DNA from: Hyphomicrobiales bacterium
GTDB taxonomy: Bacteria; Pseudomonadota; Alphaproteobacteria; Rhizobiales; JAKIUO01
DNA: 35,064 nt
Direction of reading: 5' to 3'
NCBI GenBank assembly: GCA_027069645.1
Contig: JALXEI010000341.1
Span: forward strand, 1-35,064
Shown: positions 27,899-35,064 of the stretch, piece after piece
How the letters are laid out: each line of letters begins with the position of its first letter
Numbering within the stretch: the first letter of the stretch is position 1
Made by a program: the position numbers and the translations under genes
Notes under the pieces: model-generated
Databases searched by the model: none
What the model saw: the letters and a program-made list of their open reading frames with translations, nothing else
What the model was told of the DNA's origin: nothing

Positions 27899-28020
27899 CC
27901 ATCGGGATACGCCCGGGCGAGAGCCGGGTTTGTGATGGCCCCGTTTTTGCTTTTGCATTACCGGGGAAGAGCAATATCGGGAAGGGAAAGACCGTTGCAT
28001 ACAGCCACAGGAGAAAAACC

Positions 28021-28974
28021 GTGACCCGACCTGTTTTTGACAACTGGAAACCCGAACACGGAAAGCTTTGGGGAAAATCACCTGTCATCCAGAAGCACAA
28101 TCTGCACAAATCGCCCCTGTTTACCGATGAGGCCCTTGCCGATCTCATCGAAAACTATCCGCGTAAGGATTATTCTCTGGTCATCCCGGGTCGCAAGGAT
28201 CAGGGACAGCACCATCTCTGGCGCGAGGGCGATATTGGTGATGCCACCGGTGCCGATGTTCTGAAAGCCATCAAAAACGGCTTCCTGTGGATCAATCTGC
28301 GTAACCTGCCTCTCAACAGCGCGGCATTCAGGGAACTGGCCCAACAATTGTTCGACGAAATGGCTCAAAATGTTCCCGGCCTCAAAATCAATGATTACGA
28401 CATGACCCTGCTGGTCACCTCGCCCGGGGCCCAGACCTACTATCATTGCGATGTGCCCGGCCAGTCCCTGTGGCATATTCGCGGTCGCAAGAAAGCATGG
28501 CTCTATCCGCCCGTTGATCCGTTTATGCCGGATGAATTGCTCGAACGGGTAATCCTTCAGGAAACAGAGGAAGAAATTCCCTTTGAGCAATGGTTCGACG
28601 ACCATGCCGCCACAATTGACATGGAGCCGGGCATGATGGCCCACTGGCCGCAGTTTTCGCCTCACAGGGTGGAAAATTATGACAGTCTCAACGTCTCTGT
28701 CACAACGGAATACTGGACAAATGATATCGAGCGCAACTACAAGGTGCGCTATGCCAATGGCCTGTTGCGGCGTCGTTTCGGGATCACCCCCAAAAGCACA
28801 GCAACCACCGGCATGGCCTATTTCTCGAAAGCTGTTCTGCAATCCCTGTGGCGCCGCTCGGGACTGGCAAGGAGACATATCTGGAGCCGGAAAATCGAGT
28901 TCAAACTTGATCCGTCAAACCTCGACGAAATGATCGACATTACGCCGTTCACACTTCGCCCGGGGAACAGCTAG
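28021..28974 (+). CDS. cupin/JmjC-like putative Fe(II)/2-oxoglutarate oxygenase
   Basis: A GTG start is preceded by aggag at 7 nt. The candidate HxD...H facial triad is YYHCD...(about 70 aa)...SPHRVEN, embedded in beta-rich sequence (SLWHIRGRKKAWLYPP). The family call is by resemblance only. Confidence 0.6.
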   Translation: MTRPVFDNWKPEHGKLWGKSPVIQKHNLHKSPLFTDEALADLIENYPRKDYSLVIPGRKDQGQHHLWREGDIGDATGADVLKAIKNGFLWINLRNLPLNSAAFRELAQQLFDEMAQNVPGLKINDYDMTLLVTSPGAQTYYHCDVPGQSLWHIRGRKKAWLYPPVDPFMPDELLERVILQETEEEIPFEQWFDDHAATIDMEPGMMAHWPQFSPHRVENYDSLNVSVTTEYWTNDIERNYKVRYANGLLRRRFGITPKSTATTGMAYFSKAVLQSLWRRSGLARRHIWSRKIEFKLDPSNLDEMIDITPFTLRPGNS

Positions 28975-28986
28975 GGGGTCACAGGA

Positions 28987-30210
28987 ATGACTGACCGGCA
29001 CCGCCCGGAAAACCTCACCGGACTTTTCTCCGGAACAGCCAATTTTTTAGCGGGCAAAAGCATGCGCATTGCCAGTCCTGACCGTTGCCGTTCCGAAAAA
29101 ACCTGGCGAATTAGTGTCATGTCGGCGTGGAATGCGCACGCGGCGCAGTTCGCAAGAGAGGTCGAGGGGCGGGGAGCAACGCTGTTTCAAAGCGCTCTGT
29201 GGCTGGAAACCTGGTACCGAACCTTCACAGGCCCTGGAAAAAATGGCACCGCGGTGATTGTCATGGTCGAGGATCGCCTGTCAGGCAGGCCGGTCATGTT
29301 GTTGCCCCTGTGCCGCTACCGCGAAAACAACCTGTCAGTTATCGGTTTCGCCGATTTTGGCCTCGCCGACTATAATGCACCGCTGATCAACCCGGAGCTG
29401 GCCCCCGGCTGGCAGCAGACGAAGGCACTCATGCAGGACATATATCAGGCCCTGCCCCCTGCCGACCTGCTGAAACTGGAAAAAATGCCCTTTGCTATCA
29501 ATGCGATAGAAAATCCGCTGATTGGCCTCGATAAAAGCCATGAAAGCCGCCTTTGCCATTATGGTATTCGCGTTGATGGTGACTGGACCCGCTACTGGAA
29601 TGGCCTGAAACGCAATTTCCGCAAGGACCAGCGCCGACGCTGGCGGGTTCTCGAAAAGAAGGGCACCGTCTCCTTTGTCCGTTGCAATGACCCTGAAGAA
29701 ATTGCACCGCTGTTCGATACACTGGTGCGCCAGCAGAAAGAGCGTCTTGATCGCCTGGAACTGGACTGCCTTCTTGATGACCCGGAAATGAAAGATTTCT
29801 ACCGTCAGGTCATCATTGACGGCTGTCGACGGGGCGAGGTTATTTTCACCGCCCTGCTCGTCAATGGAAAACCCGTTGCAACGCTGTGCGGCTTTGGCAA
29901 TGGCCATCACTATGCCATGACTCTGTCGGGCTATGAAAGCGGTGAATGGAGCAAATGTTCACCTGGACGACTTTTGACCGAACGGACCATGCAGGCCCTG
30001 CATGCTGAAGGCTACAGCTATTTCGACTTCACGATCGGCGATGAACCCTACAAAAAATATTTTGCTCTGCCCGAGGGGCCCCTGCATGAATTTCTGCGGC
30101 CTCTGTCCCTGAAGGGACTCCCCCTGTATACATGGGTGAAACTGAAAGCCCTCTACCGGAAATCCTCACTCGCCCACCGCCTCAGGGACTTTCTTGTTGC
30201 CCGAAAATGA
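28987..30210 (+). CDS. CelD/BcsL-like (FemAB-fold, Acetyltransf_6-type) GNAT acyltransferase
   Basis: LFQSALWLETWYRTF near the N-terminus and a C-terminal LLVNGKPVATLCGF...CSPGRLLTERTMQALHAEGYSYFDFTIGDEPYKKYF are typical of the CelD-like family. Alternative starts are 29062 and 29119. Confidence 0.65.
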   Translation: MTDRHRPENLTGLFSGTANFLAGKSMRIASPDRCRSEKTWRISVMSAWNAHAAQFAREVEGRGATLFQSALWLETWYRTFTGPGKNGTAVIVMVEDRLSGRPVMLLPLCRYRENNLSVIGFADFGLADYNAPLINPELAPGWQQTKALMQDIYQALPPADLLKLEKMPFAINAIENPLIGLDKSHESRLCHYGIRVDGDWTRYWNGLKRNFRKDQRRRWRVLEKKGTVSFVRCNDPEEIAPLFDTLVRQQKERLDRLELDCLLDDPEMKDFYRQVIIDGCRRGEVIFTALLVNGKPVATLCGFGNGHHYAMTLSGYESGEWSKCSPGRLLTERTMQALHAEGYSYFDFTIGDEPYKKYFALPEGPLHEFLRPLSLKGLPLYTWVKLKALYRKSSLAHRLRDFLVARK

Positions 30211-30365
30211 ATGTCATGCCCGCTCCGCGAGAGTAAAATGACGACTTTGCATTTCCGTCAGGCCCGCTGGCAGCTCTGCGTCCCCCGACAGAGCTCTTTC
30301 GTATATTCGACAAACGGAACGAGCAGCCGATGAGGATTTTACCAGGGCCAGCACCGGCATTTTGT

Positions 30366-31814
30366 TTAATTGGCAGAAGACGGCATGGAGCCGCGCCAGT
30401 TGCGGATGAAAGCTTTTGCTTCTCGATAGTAAAACATGCCCAGTACGCCGCAATAGACAGCGCCGCCAATCAGCACACTGGCGACCAGCCCCATCTTTGA
30501 AACAGGAAAACGGATCAGGGCAAGCACCAGCGCCATCGCCGTGCAGGCAAGGATAATGCGCCCGAAATGACCCCAGAGGATCTGAAAGCCGCCGGACAGG
30601 GCCGCAAAGGCGAAGCTGACCAGTGCACCAATGATGATCCCCAGCGTCGCGCCGATCGTTGCCCCGCGCAATCCGTCAAGCCACAGCCCGGCGCCGCAAA
30701 GGATCAGAATGGAGAATGATTCAATAATATCAATAAGCAGAAACTGGCGCGTATTCCCATCCAGCAGGAAGATCTGATCGGCATAATGGGCGCGAAAATA
30801 ACGCACCCCGCCCGCCAGCACGGCAATGGGCAACAGAGCAATGGTGACATCCTGAAAGCGCATTTCGATCAAAGATCTGACCAGCAGCTCGTTGATCGAC
30901 CAGATACCGGCAACGGTTGGCGCCAGCACACCGAACAGCAGGGCGCCATTCATCGCCAGCTGATACATGGCCCGCTGGCGCGATCCTGCTTTCATTTCCC
31001 TGACCGCCAGCGGGAAAGCCGCCGCATTCACCAGATTGGCAGTAAAGGCCGCACTGCGCCGCCCCAGCCCCCAGGGCACGGACAAAAGCCCTACCGCAGC
31101 AATGCCCAGACCGTATTTGACAATAAAGCGAATGCCGTGATCCGAGAACCAGGCCAGCCAGCCAGCCAGCATAATCGGCACACCATAGCCAATGGCATCG
31201 CGGATCATTTGCCGGTCCGGCTGCGTCACCGTCAGACTGTAGCCAATGCGGGGCAGCAGCAAAATGAGCGACAGACACTGGGCCAGCGCATAACCGGCAA
31301 TGACATAATCCGGTGTCGGCGCAAAAACAGCCATAAACAGCAATCCCAACGCAAATCCGATCACCGGCCCCACCGTTTGCAACAGGGTATAGTTAACGAT
31401 CTGTTCATCGGCCCGAACCCGGTCGGCAAGATGCAGATTGATGGAGCGGGTAACAAAAAACACCAGTGTCGCCCCGACCATCAGCGCCCCTGGTGCGGTA
31501 TCGAGAACAAGATAAAGCAGGACGAGCGCCACCAGCATGGAAACAAGACCGGAAACCGCCAGCATGGTGGCCTCGGTATTATAGAACCGATGCCGGGCCA
31601 CCACGTCGCCCGGGTCCGGGATATGACGAACGGCATAGAGGGAAAAACCGGAAAGCGTGACAGCAAAGGCCAGTTCGTGGGTTACCGTCACAAGAATAAG
31701 CACCCCGAATTCGGTCGGTGTCAGCCAGTAGGTCCAGACAATCACCGACAGAAACTGGGTCAGCGGCCCGAGAAGCTGGGCCGGCAGATAGAGAATGGTA
31801 TGCTTTAACAGCAT
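30366..31814 (-). CDS. polysaccharide flippase, Wzx/MOP superfamily
   Basis: 482 aa with about 12-14 TM segments and an N-terminus of the form LLKHTILYLPAQLLGPLTQFLSVIVWTYWLTP, typical of Wzx-type proteins. It sits in a polysaccharide locus. Confidence 0.8.
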   Translation of the reverse strand: MLLKHTILYLPAQLLGPLTQFLSVIVWTYWLTPTEFGVLILVTVTHELAFAVTLSGFSLYAVRHIPDPGDVVARHRFYNTEATMLAVSGLVSMLVALVLLYLVLDTAPGALMVGATLVFFVTRSINLHLADRVRADEQIVNYTLLQTVGPVIGFALGLLFMAVFAPTPDYVIAGYALAQCLSLILLLPRIGYSLTVTQPDRQMIRDAIGYGVPIMLAGWLAWFSDHGIRFIVKYGLGIAAVGLLSVPWGLGRRSAAFTANLVNAAAFPLAVREMKAGSRQRAMYQLAMNGALLFGVLAPTVAGIWSINELLVRSLIEMRFQDVTIALLPIAVLAGGVRYFRAHYADQIFLLDGNTRQFLLIDIIESFSILILCGAGLWLDGLRGATIGATLGIIIGALVSFAFAALSGGFQILWGHFGRIILACTAMALVLALIRFPVSKMGLVASVLIGGAVYCGVLGMFYYREAKAFIRNWRGSMPSSAN

Positions 31815-31976
31815 GAACGGCTTGCCCCGCTTGTTGGAACCGGGATTATCCGGGTTATAGACTCGGCTTCAGGGAAGCAAGAGTCGCGCCAACTGCAATT
31901 CCCAAAGGATCATTCTTCCCGCAAAATCCCGCGCAAGAGCGGAGGGACCACCTGACAAAGTTATCAGCAACGGTTA

Positions 31977-31995
31977 GGCCGTAAACTCGTAAACA
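31977..31995. repeat. solitary arm of the GGCCGTAAACTCGTAAACA repeat family
   Basis: The sequence ggccgtaaactcgtaaaca lies in the intergenic region between the flippase gene and tRNA-Gly. Confidence 0.6.
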
Positions 31996-32103
31996 CCTCT
32001 TGCATCCCCTCTTTCATTATGGCATAAGACCCTTCGTCGCAATCAAATCGTGACGGATCACTCTCCGGGGTCGCCGGATCGATACCGGCCCTGGAAACGG
32101 AGC

Positions 32104-32178
<75 letters not shown>

Positions 32179-32284
32179 GAAAACTCGCCTTGAATCATAA
32201 AAAAGCCCCAAACCAGCGTAGTTACGCGGTTTTTTGTCTTTTTGTCTTAATGAAACTGTTACACTAACCTGTTACACTTTCGGG

Positions 32285-33790
32285 ATGAAAGACATGAAAT
32301 TCCCCTATCTGGTAAAGCGCACCGACTCCCGTAAATGGTATCTGCGAATACCTGTCCCCGATGATTTGCATCATGTGTTTGGCAGACATGACAAATGTAA
32401 GAGTCTGCGAACAGAGGACAGAAAAGAAGCCGAACGCCTCTATTTTTCTCATCCCTTCGTTGCCGAATGGAAGGAAAAGTTTGAAGATGCAAGATTAGGC
32501 CGTCCTACAGGTTCAACATATGACAAGCTGAAACGCGAACGCTTGAAGCGTTTTCGAGCGGCTAAAAAAGACATATTCGAGTATGCTGATGAACACAGCG
32601 CATGGATTGATCCAGATTTTGCTTATACACACCCCGACGTGCACAATGAAAAACAGATTGTCGGTGATACTGAAAACGCGATAGCCCGCAAGAAGATTGC
32701 ACAGCTTTACCAGGACAAGGCTGTCGGGGTTGTCGATGCCAGAGAGGCAGATAAGCAGATTGAGGCGTTGCAACATCTGATTGCTGGCACTGTGCCAAAG
32801 AATGAACCTGAAGTCTCTTCCCTGCCCTCTCTGTTGAAAGTGCTTCCATATTATTATGCAGAATTCAAGACAACAGTTTCAAAACCAACATACAGAAAGA
32901 AAAAGCCGCATGTTGACTTATTCATCAAATGGGTAAAGGACAAACCCATAGATCAATATAGCCTGAAAGATGGGAATGATTTTCTTGAACGCCTGAAAAA
33001 GAAGCAGGCGAGGGGGAAAGCAAAGGGGCAGACATTAAGCCCGAACGCTATCAATGCTTACATGATTTCGGTTACTCAATTGTTCGACTGGTTACAGAAA
33101 AGATACGGGGATGCTGTTGTAAACCCTGCAAAAACAATTCGCGTGCCAGAAAAGAAGCCGATAAACACAAAAAAACCGCGTACTTCATTCACTACAGATG
33201 AATTAAACAAGCTGTTCCAGGTAGTAAAACCAGATCACCCGTTGTTTTGGGCTGCGCTGATTCCTTTATATTCGAGTATGCGTGTACAGGCGACATGCCA
33301 ACTTCGCAAACGCGATATAAAAAAGCGCGACGGAATATATTACTTTGATGTGCATGACAGGGGGGAAAACAAGCTCAAAAATCCAGGTGCGACAAGGGAA
33401 ATACCAGTCCACAAACGGCTTATTGAATTGGGACTGTTGGAATATATGGCGTCGGTAGAGGATTATCTTTTCCCGTCTATAGCTGACGGTGCAAGAGAAT
33501 ATCCAAACGGACACGACAGATGGGCTGATAGATTGGGATTGGCTTTCGCCAAACTGTTGAAGCAGGCGAAAATAAAGAGAAAGGAAATAACTTTCACTTC
33601 CCTTCGTCATACACATGTGGACGCTTCCCGGGAAGCCGGAATGAGCTATTCAGCCGCGTGCTGGATTCAGGGAAGGAAGGAAAACAGCTCTATGGCCAAT
33701 TATGGAGAATGGCGCGACCTGAAACGGCGTAAATTTGAGTTGGACAAGATTGAATATGATTTTGTATTGTCTCCACACAACGGCAAATAA
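32285..33790 (+). CDS. tyrosine-type site-specific integrase
   Basis: N-terminal KWYLRIPVPDDL-type arm-binding region. The C-terminal catalytic region has SMRVQATCQLRKRDI (Arg I), FTSLRHTHV (H-x-x-R region) and SSMANYG (catalytic Tyr). The start is ATG 32285; the frame is open from 32234. Confidence 0.85.
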   Translation: MKDMKFPYLVKRTDSRKWYLRIPVPDDLHHVFGRHDKCKSLRTEDRKEAERLYFSHPFVAEWKEKFEDARLGRPTGSTYDKLKRERLKRFRAAKKDIFEYADEHSAWIDPDFAYTHPDVHNEKQIVGDTENAIARKKIAQLYQDKAVGVVDAREADKQIEALQHLIAGTVPKNEPEVSSLPSLLKVLPYYYAEFKTTVSKPTYRKKKPHVDLFIKWVKDKPIDQYSLKDGNDFLERLKKKQARGKAKGQTLSPNAINAYMISVTQLFDWLQKRYGDAVVNPAKTIRVPEKKPINTKKPRTSFTTDELNKLFQVVKPDHPLFWAALIPLYSSMRVQATCQLRKRDIKKRDGIYYFDVHDRGENKLKNPGATREIPVHKRLIELGLLEYMASVEDYLFPSIADGAREYPNGHDRWADRLGLAFAKLLKQAKIKRKEITFTSLRHTHVDASREAGMSYSAACWIQGRKENSSMANYGEWRDLKRRKFELDKIEYDFVLSPHNGK

Positions 33791-33819
33791 AGCCCACACA
33801 GCGCCAAAATTACAAAGTA

Positions 33820-34716
33820 CTACTCTGACACTTCGCCAAGTTCAAAAAGCCTCTCCTCAAGCTCTGTGGCCGTTATAATACCTAATTCATACATGCCCTT
33901 ATACATGTCTATGTCTGACATTCGTTTTTCAATGGCTTTTTTGCCTTGAGACAACCGGGTTTTGCGGTTTTTTTGCCTTCCCCTCTTCTGCGCCCATCTT
34001 TCAGATGAAAAATCCTTTTCAAGCGTGTATGCAACAACTGTAGCTGGAAGAACTCTGGGGAGGTAGAATCCTTCACGCACTGGCACTTGTGTATATTCAT
34101 CATCCTGGGACAGTTTTAATTTTCCATTTTTGTCCTTGAGACGGTAATTTATTCCCAATCTGTGAGCTGCCACGGTTATAAGGTTGCGGTTCATATGTTT
34201 CCGTTGTTGTGAACAGTGCATCATTCTGAAAATGGCTATGAGCTGCACAATTTCGCTCATCGGGTAGAAGCGGTATGCGTTTGTTTTTGTTGTGCCCACC
34301 GCTCTTTTGAAAAATGTTGTAATGATCTGAAAGTCGCTCTCTATCTCTTCATCGGTGCCTATAATTGGTAGAGATAATCCGTCTGCGATTTGTTTGATTT
34401 CGCTTGGGGGTATTTTATCTGCAAGTTCTTTGTCAGTCTGTAAGGGTATGAAGTGAAACAGACTGGAATCTTCGCAGTGTCCCGTAAATACAAAAATTTT
34501 ATCGGTGTCATAGTTGCGCTTTTTACGTTTGTCCCAGACGATATATTCATATGTTTTGTAAGGAACTTTCAGTTCCGGCTGTTTGCCTGTTTTATCTTTG
34601 ATCAGGTACAAGGCGTCCATTTTATCCTTGCAAGGCGTCAGTGTGTTTTTCTCGCTATCATACACGCTAAAGATTACATATCGAGCATTTGGTTTTGTTG
34701 TCTGTATTATCTCCAT
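33820..34716 (-). CDS. hypothetical island protein (about 298 aa), family unknown
   Basis: A long ORF in AT-rich DNA. ATG 34716 (MEIIQTTK...) is preceded by aggaa at 7 nt. The upstream in-frame ATG 34758 lies inside a hairpin. Confidence 0.6.
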   Translation of the reverse strand: MEIIQTTKPNARYVIFSVYDSEKNTLTPCKDKMDALYLIKDKTGKQPELKVPYKTYEYIVWDKRKKRNYDTDKIFVFTGHCEDSSLFHFIPLQTDKELADKIPPSEIKQIADGLSLPIIGTDEEIESDFQIITTFFKRAVGTTKTNAYRFYPMSEIVQLIAIFRMMHCSQQRKHMNRNLITVAAHRLGINYRLKDKNGKLKLSQDDEYTQVPVREGFYLPRVLPATVVAYTLEKDFSSERWAQKRGRQKNRKTRLSQGKKAIEKRMSDIDMYKGMYELGIITATELEERLFELGEVSE

Positions 34717-34744
34717 CCTATGTTCCTGTGTTGTTCTACTTGGC

Positions 34745-34779
34745 AAACCACGCTTCATGCGTGGTTTTTCATTTTTTGT
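34745..34779 (+). terminator. intrinsic-terminator-like hairpin (9-bp stem, 5-nt loop, T-rich tail)
   Basis: The sequence is aaaccacgc-ttcat-gcgtggttt followed by ttcatttttt. No convincing + strand gene reads into it, so it may instead be a 5'-leader structure of the minus-strand gene. Confidence 0.3.
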
Positions 34780-34796
34780 TAAGAATGATTCTTAAC
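34778..34796. promoter_or_regulatory. perfect 19-bp palindrome, candidate operator
   Basis: The sequence is gttaagaat-g-attcttaac. It shares a gaat-N-attc core with the palindrome at 34880. Confidence 0.4.
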
Positions 34797-34879
34797 TAGA
34801 GTTTTTTTCGGTACCACTGTGTCAATTTCGAACCGTGAGAATGTATAACGGTGTCAAATTGTTGCTTTTTCCCCTCTAG

Positions 34880-34896
34880 TTGCGAATCATTCGCAA
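34880..34896. promoter_or_regulatory. perfect 17-bp palindrome, candidate operator
   Basis: The sequence is ttgcgaat-c-attcgcaa. Confidence 0.4.
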
Positions 34897-34906
34897 AAAG
34901 TTGTTT

Positions 34907-35058
34907 TTGTTCCACCGCTACAGCGATTTGTTCCACCTTGTTCCACCGCTTGAAAAAACCGGTGGAACACCCGGAACGCCCAATGGTAGGGGCTTTCGGA
35001 GGTTTTGTTCCACCGTTCCACCGAATCTGGGGATAAGTACCTATGATTTTGTTCCAAC
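34907..35058. repeat. iteron-like array of TTGTTCCACC repeats (5-6 direct copies plus 1 inverted)
   Basis: Copies of ttgttccacc lie at 34907, 34928, 34938 and 35005. A truncated copy gttccaccg is at 35015 and a variant ttgttccaac at 35049. An inverted copy ggtggaaca is at 34961-34969. Confidence 0.75.
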
Positions 35059-35064
35059 AGTTTT

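Larger units (their letters stand above)
32179..35064. mobile_element. left end of a tRNA-Gly-associated integrated element / genomic island (continues beyond window)
   Basis: An integrase gene lies immediately 3' of the tRNA. Base composition shifts abruptly and visibly to AT-richer DNA, and the genes here are orphans. The right boundary and att repeat are not in the window. Confidence 0.65.

Noticed and set aside
28078-28878. 266-aa minus-strand ORF inside the cupin-like gene
   Set aside because: The + strand ORF has a strong SD, a balanced composition and a cupin triad. The minus-strand translation looks like a shadow ORF.
30272-30295. Weak hairpin (agctctg-N10-cagagct) between the convergent CelD-like and Wzx genes
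   Set aside because: It has only a 7-bp stem, a large loop and a short T run. That is insufficient to call a terminator.
30786-31808. 340-aa + strand ORF opposite the Wzx flippase gene
   Set aside because: Its hydrophilic Gln/Arg/His-rich translation has no motifs. The opposite strand encodes a coherent multi-TM protein.
34801-34850. tRNA fragment or attR-like remnant (ggttcgaa on the minus strand)
   Set aside because: The flanking bases do not form a T-stem. There is no match to the 3' end of the tRNA-Gly at 32104-32178.
34907-35058. Possible CRISPR array
   Set aside because: The repeats are only about 10 bp, some abut directly and spacing is irregular (0-57 bp). There are no cas genes. 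This is an iteron or binding-site array, not CRISPR.

Overview
The gene content looks alphaproteobacterial and Rhizobiales-like (GapR/DUF2312, ExoP-type co-polymerase, FixK-like Crp/Fnr). The taxon is an inference. The window has three parts.

(1) Positions 1-20300 are core chromosome. They carry the glcE end and glcF, a 804-aa exported basic repeat protein, mobB, a Crp/Fnr regulator, a CAP-domain lipoprotein, gapR and an N-formylglutamate-amidohydrolase-like gene. They also carry an OmpR/histidine-kinase pair, an exported MsrA-MsrB fusion, an acyltransferase-3/SGNH protein, a PEBP protein and sdhC-sdhD...sdhA.

(2) Positions 20480-31814 are a Wzx/Wzy-type polysaccharide locus. It holds a GNAT, a GT1, a Wzy-like protein, an ExoP-like protein, a priming phosphotransferase, a cupin/JmjC-like oxygenase, a CelD/FemAB-like acyltransferase and Wzx.

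(3) tRNA-Gly(GCC) at 32104 is followed by a tyrosine integrase and visibly AT-richer DNA. This is the left end of an integrated element that runs off the window. It contains an orphan gene preceded by perfect palindromes and a TTGTTCCACC iteron array.

The most unusual region is the window centre. The sdh operon is split between sdhD and sdhA by about 1.7 kb. That insert holds a SMI1/KNR4 (SUKH) immunity-like gene tightly abutting sdhD (2-nt gap, SD inside the sdhD 3' end) and an AT-rich small ORF with no ATG start. It also holds a GIY-YIG nuclease gene bracketed by two direct copies of a palindromic mini-element bounded by terminal inverted repeats (TIRs). sdhB is absent downstream.

A second repeat family (GGCCGTAAACTC[A/G]TAAACAGG arms) occurs four times and supplies the stop codons of three genes. 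No rRNA or CRISPR was seen. All family names come from motif recognition by eye, not from searches.
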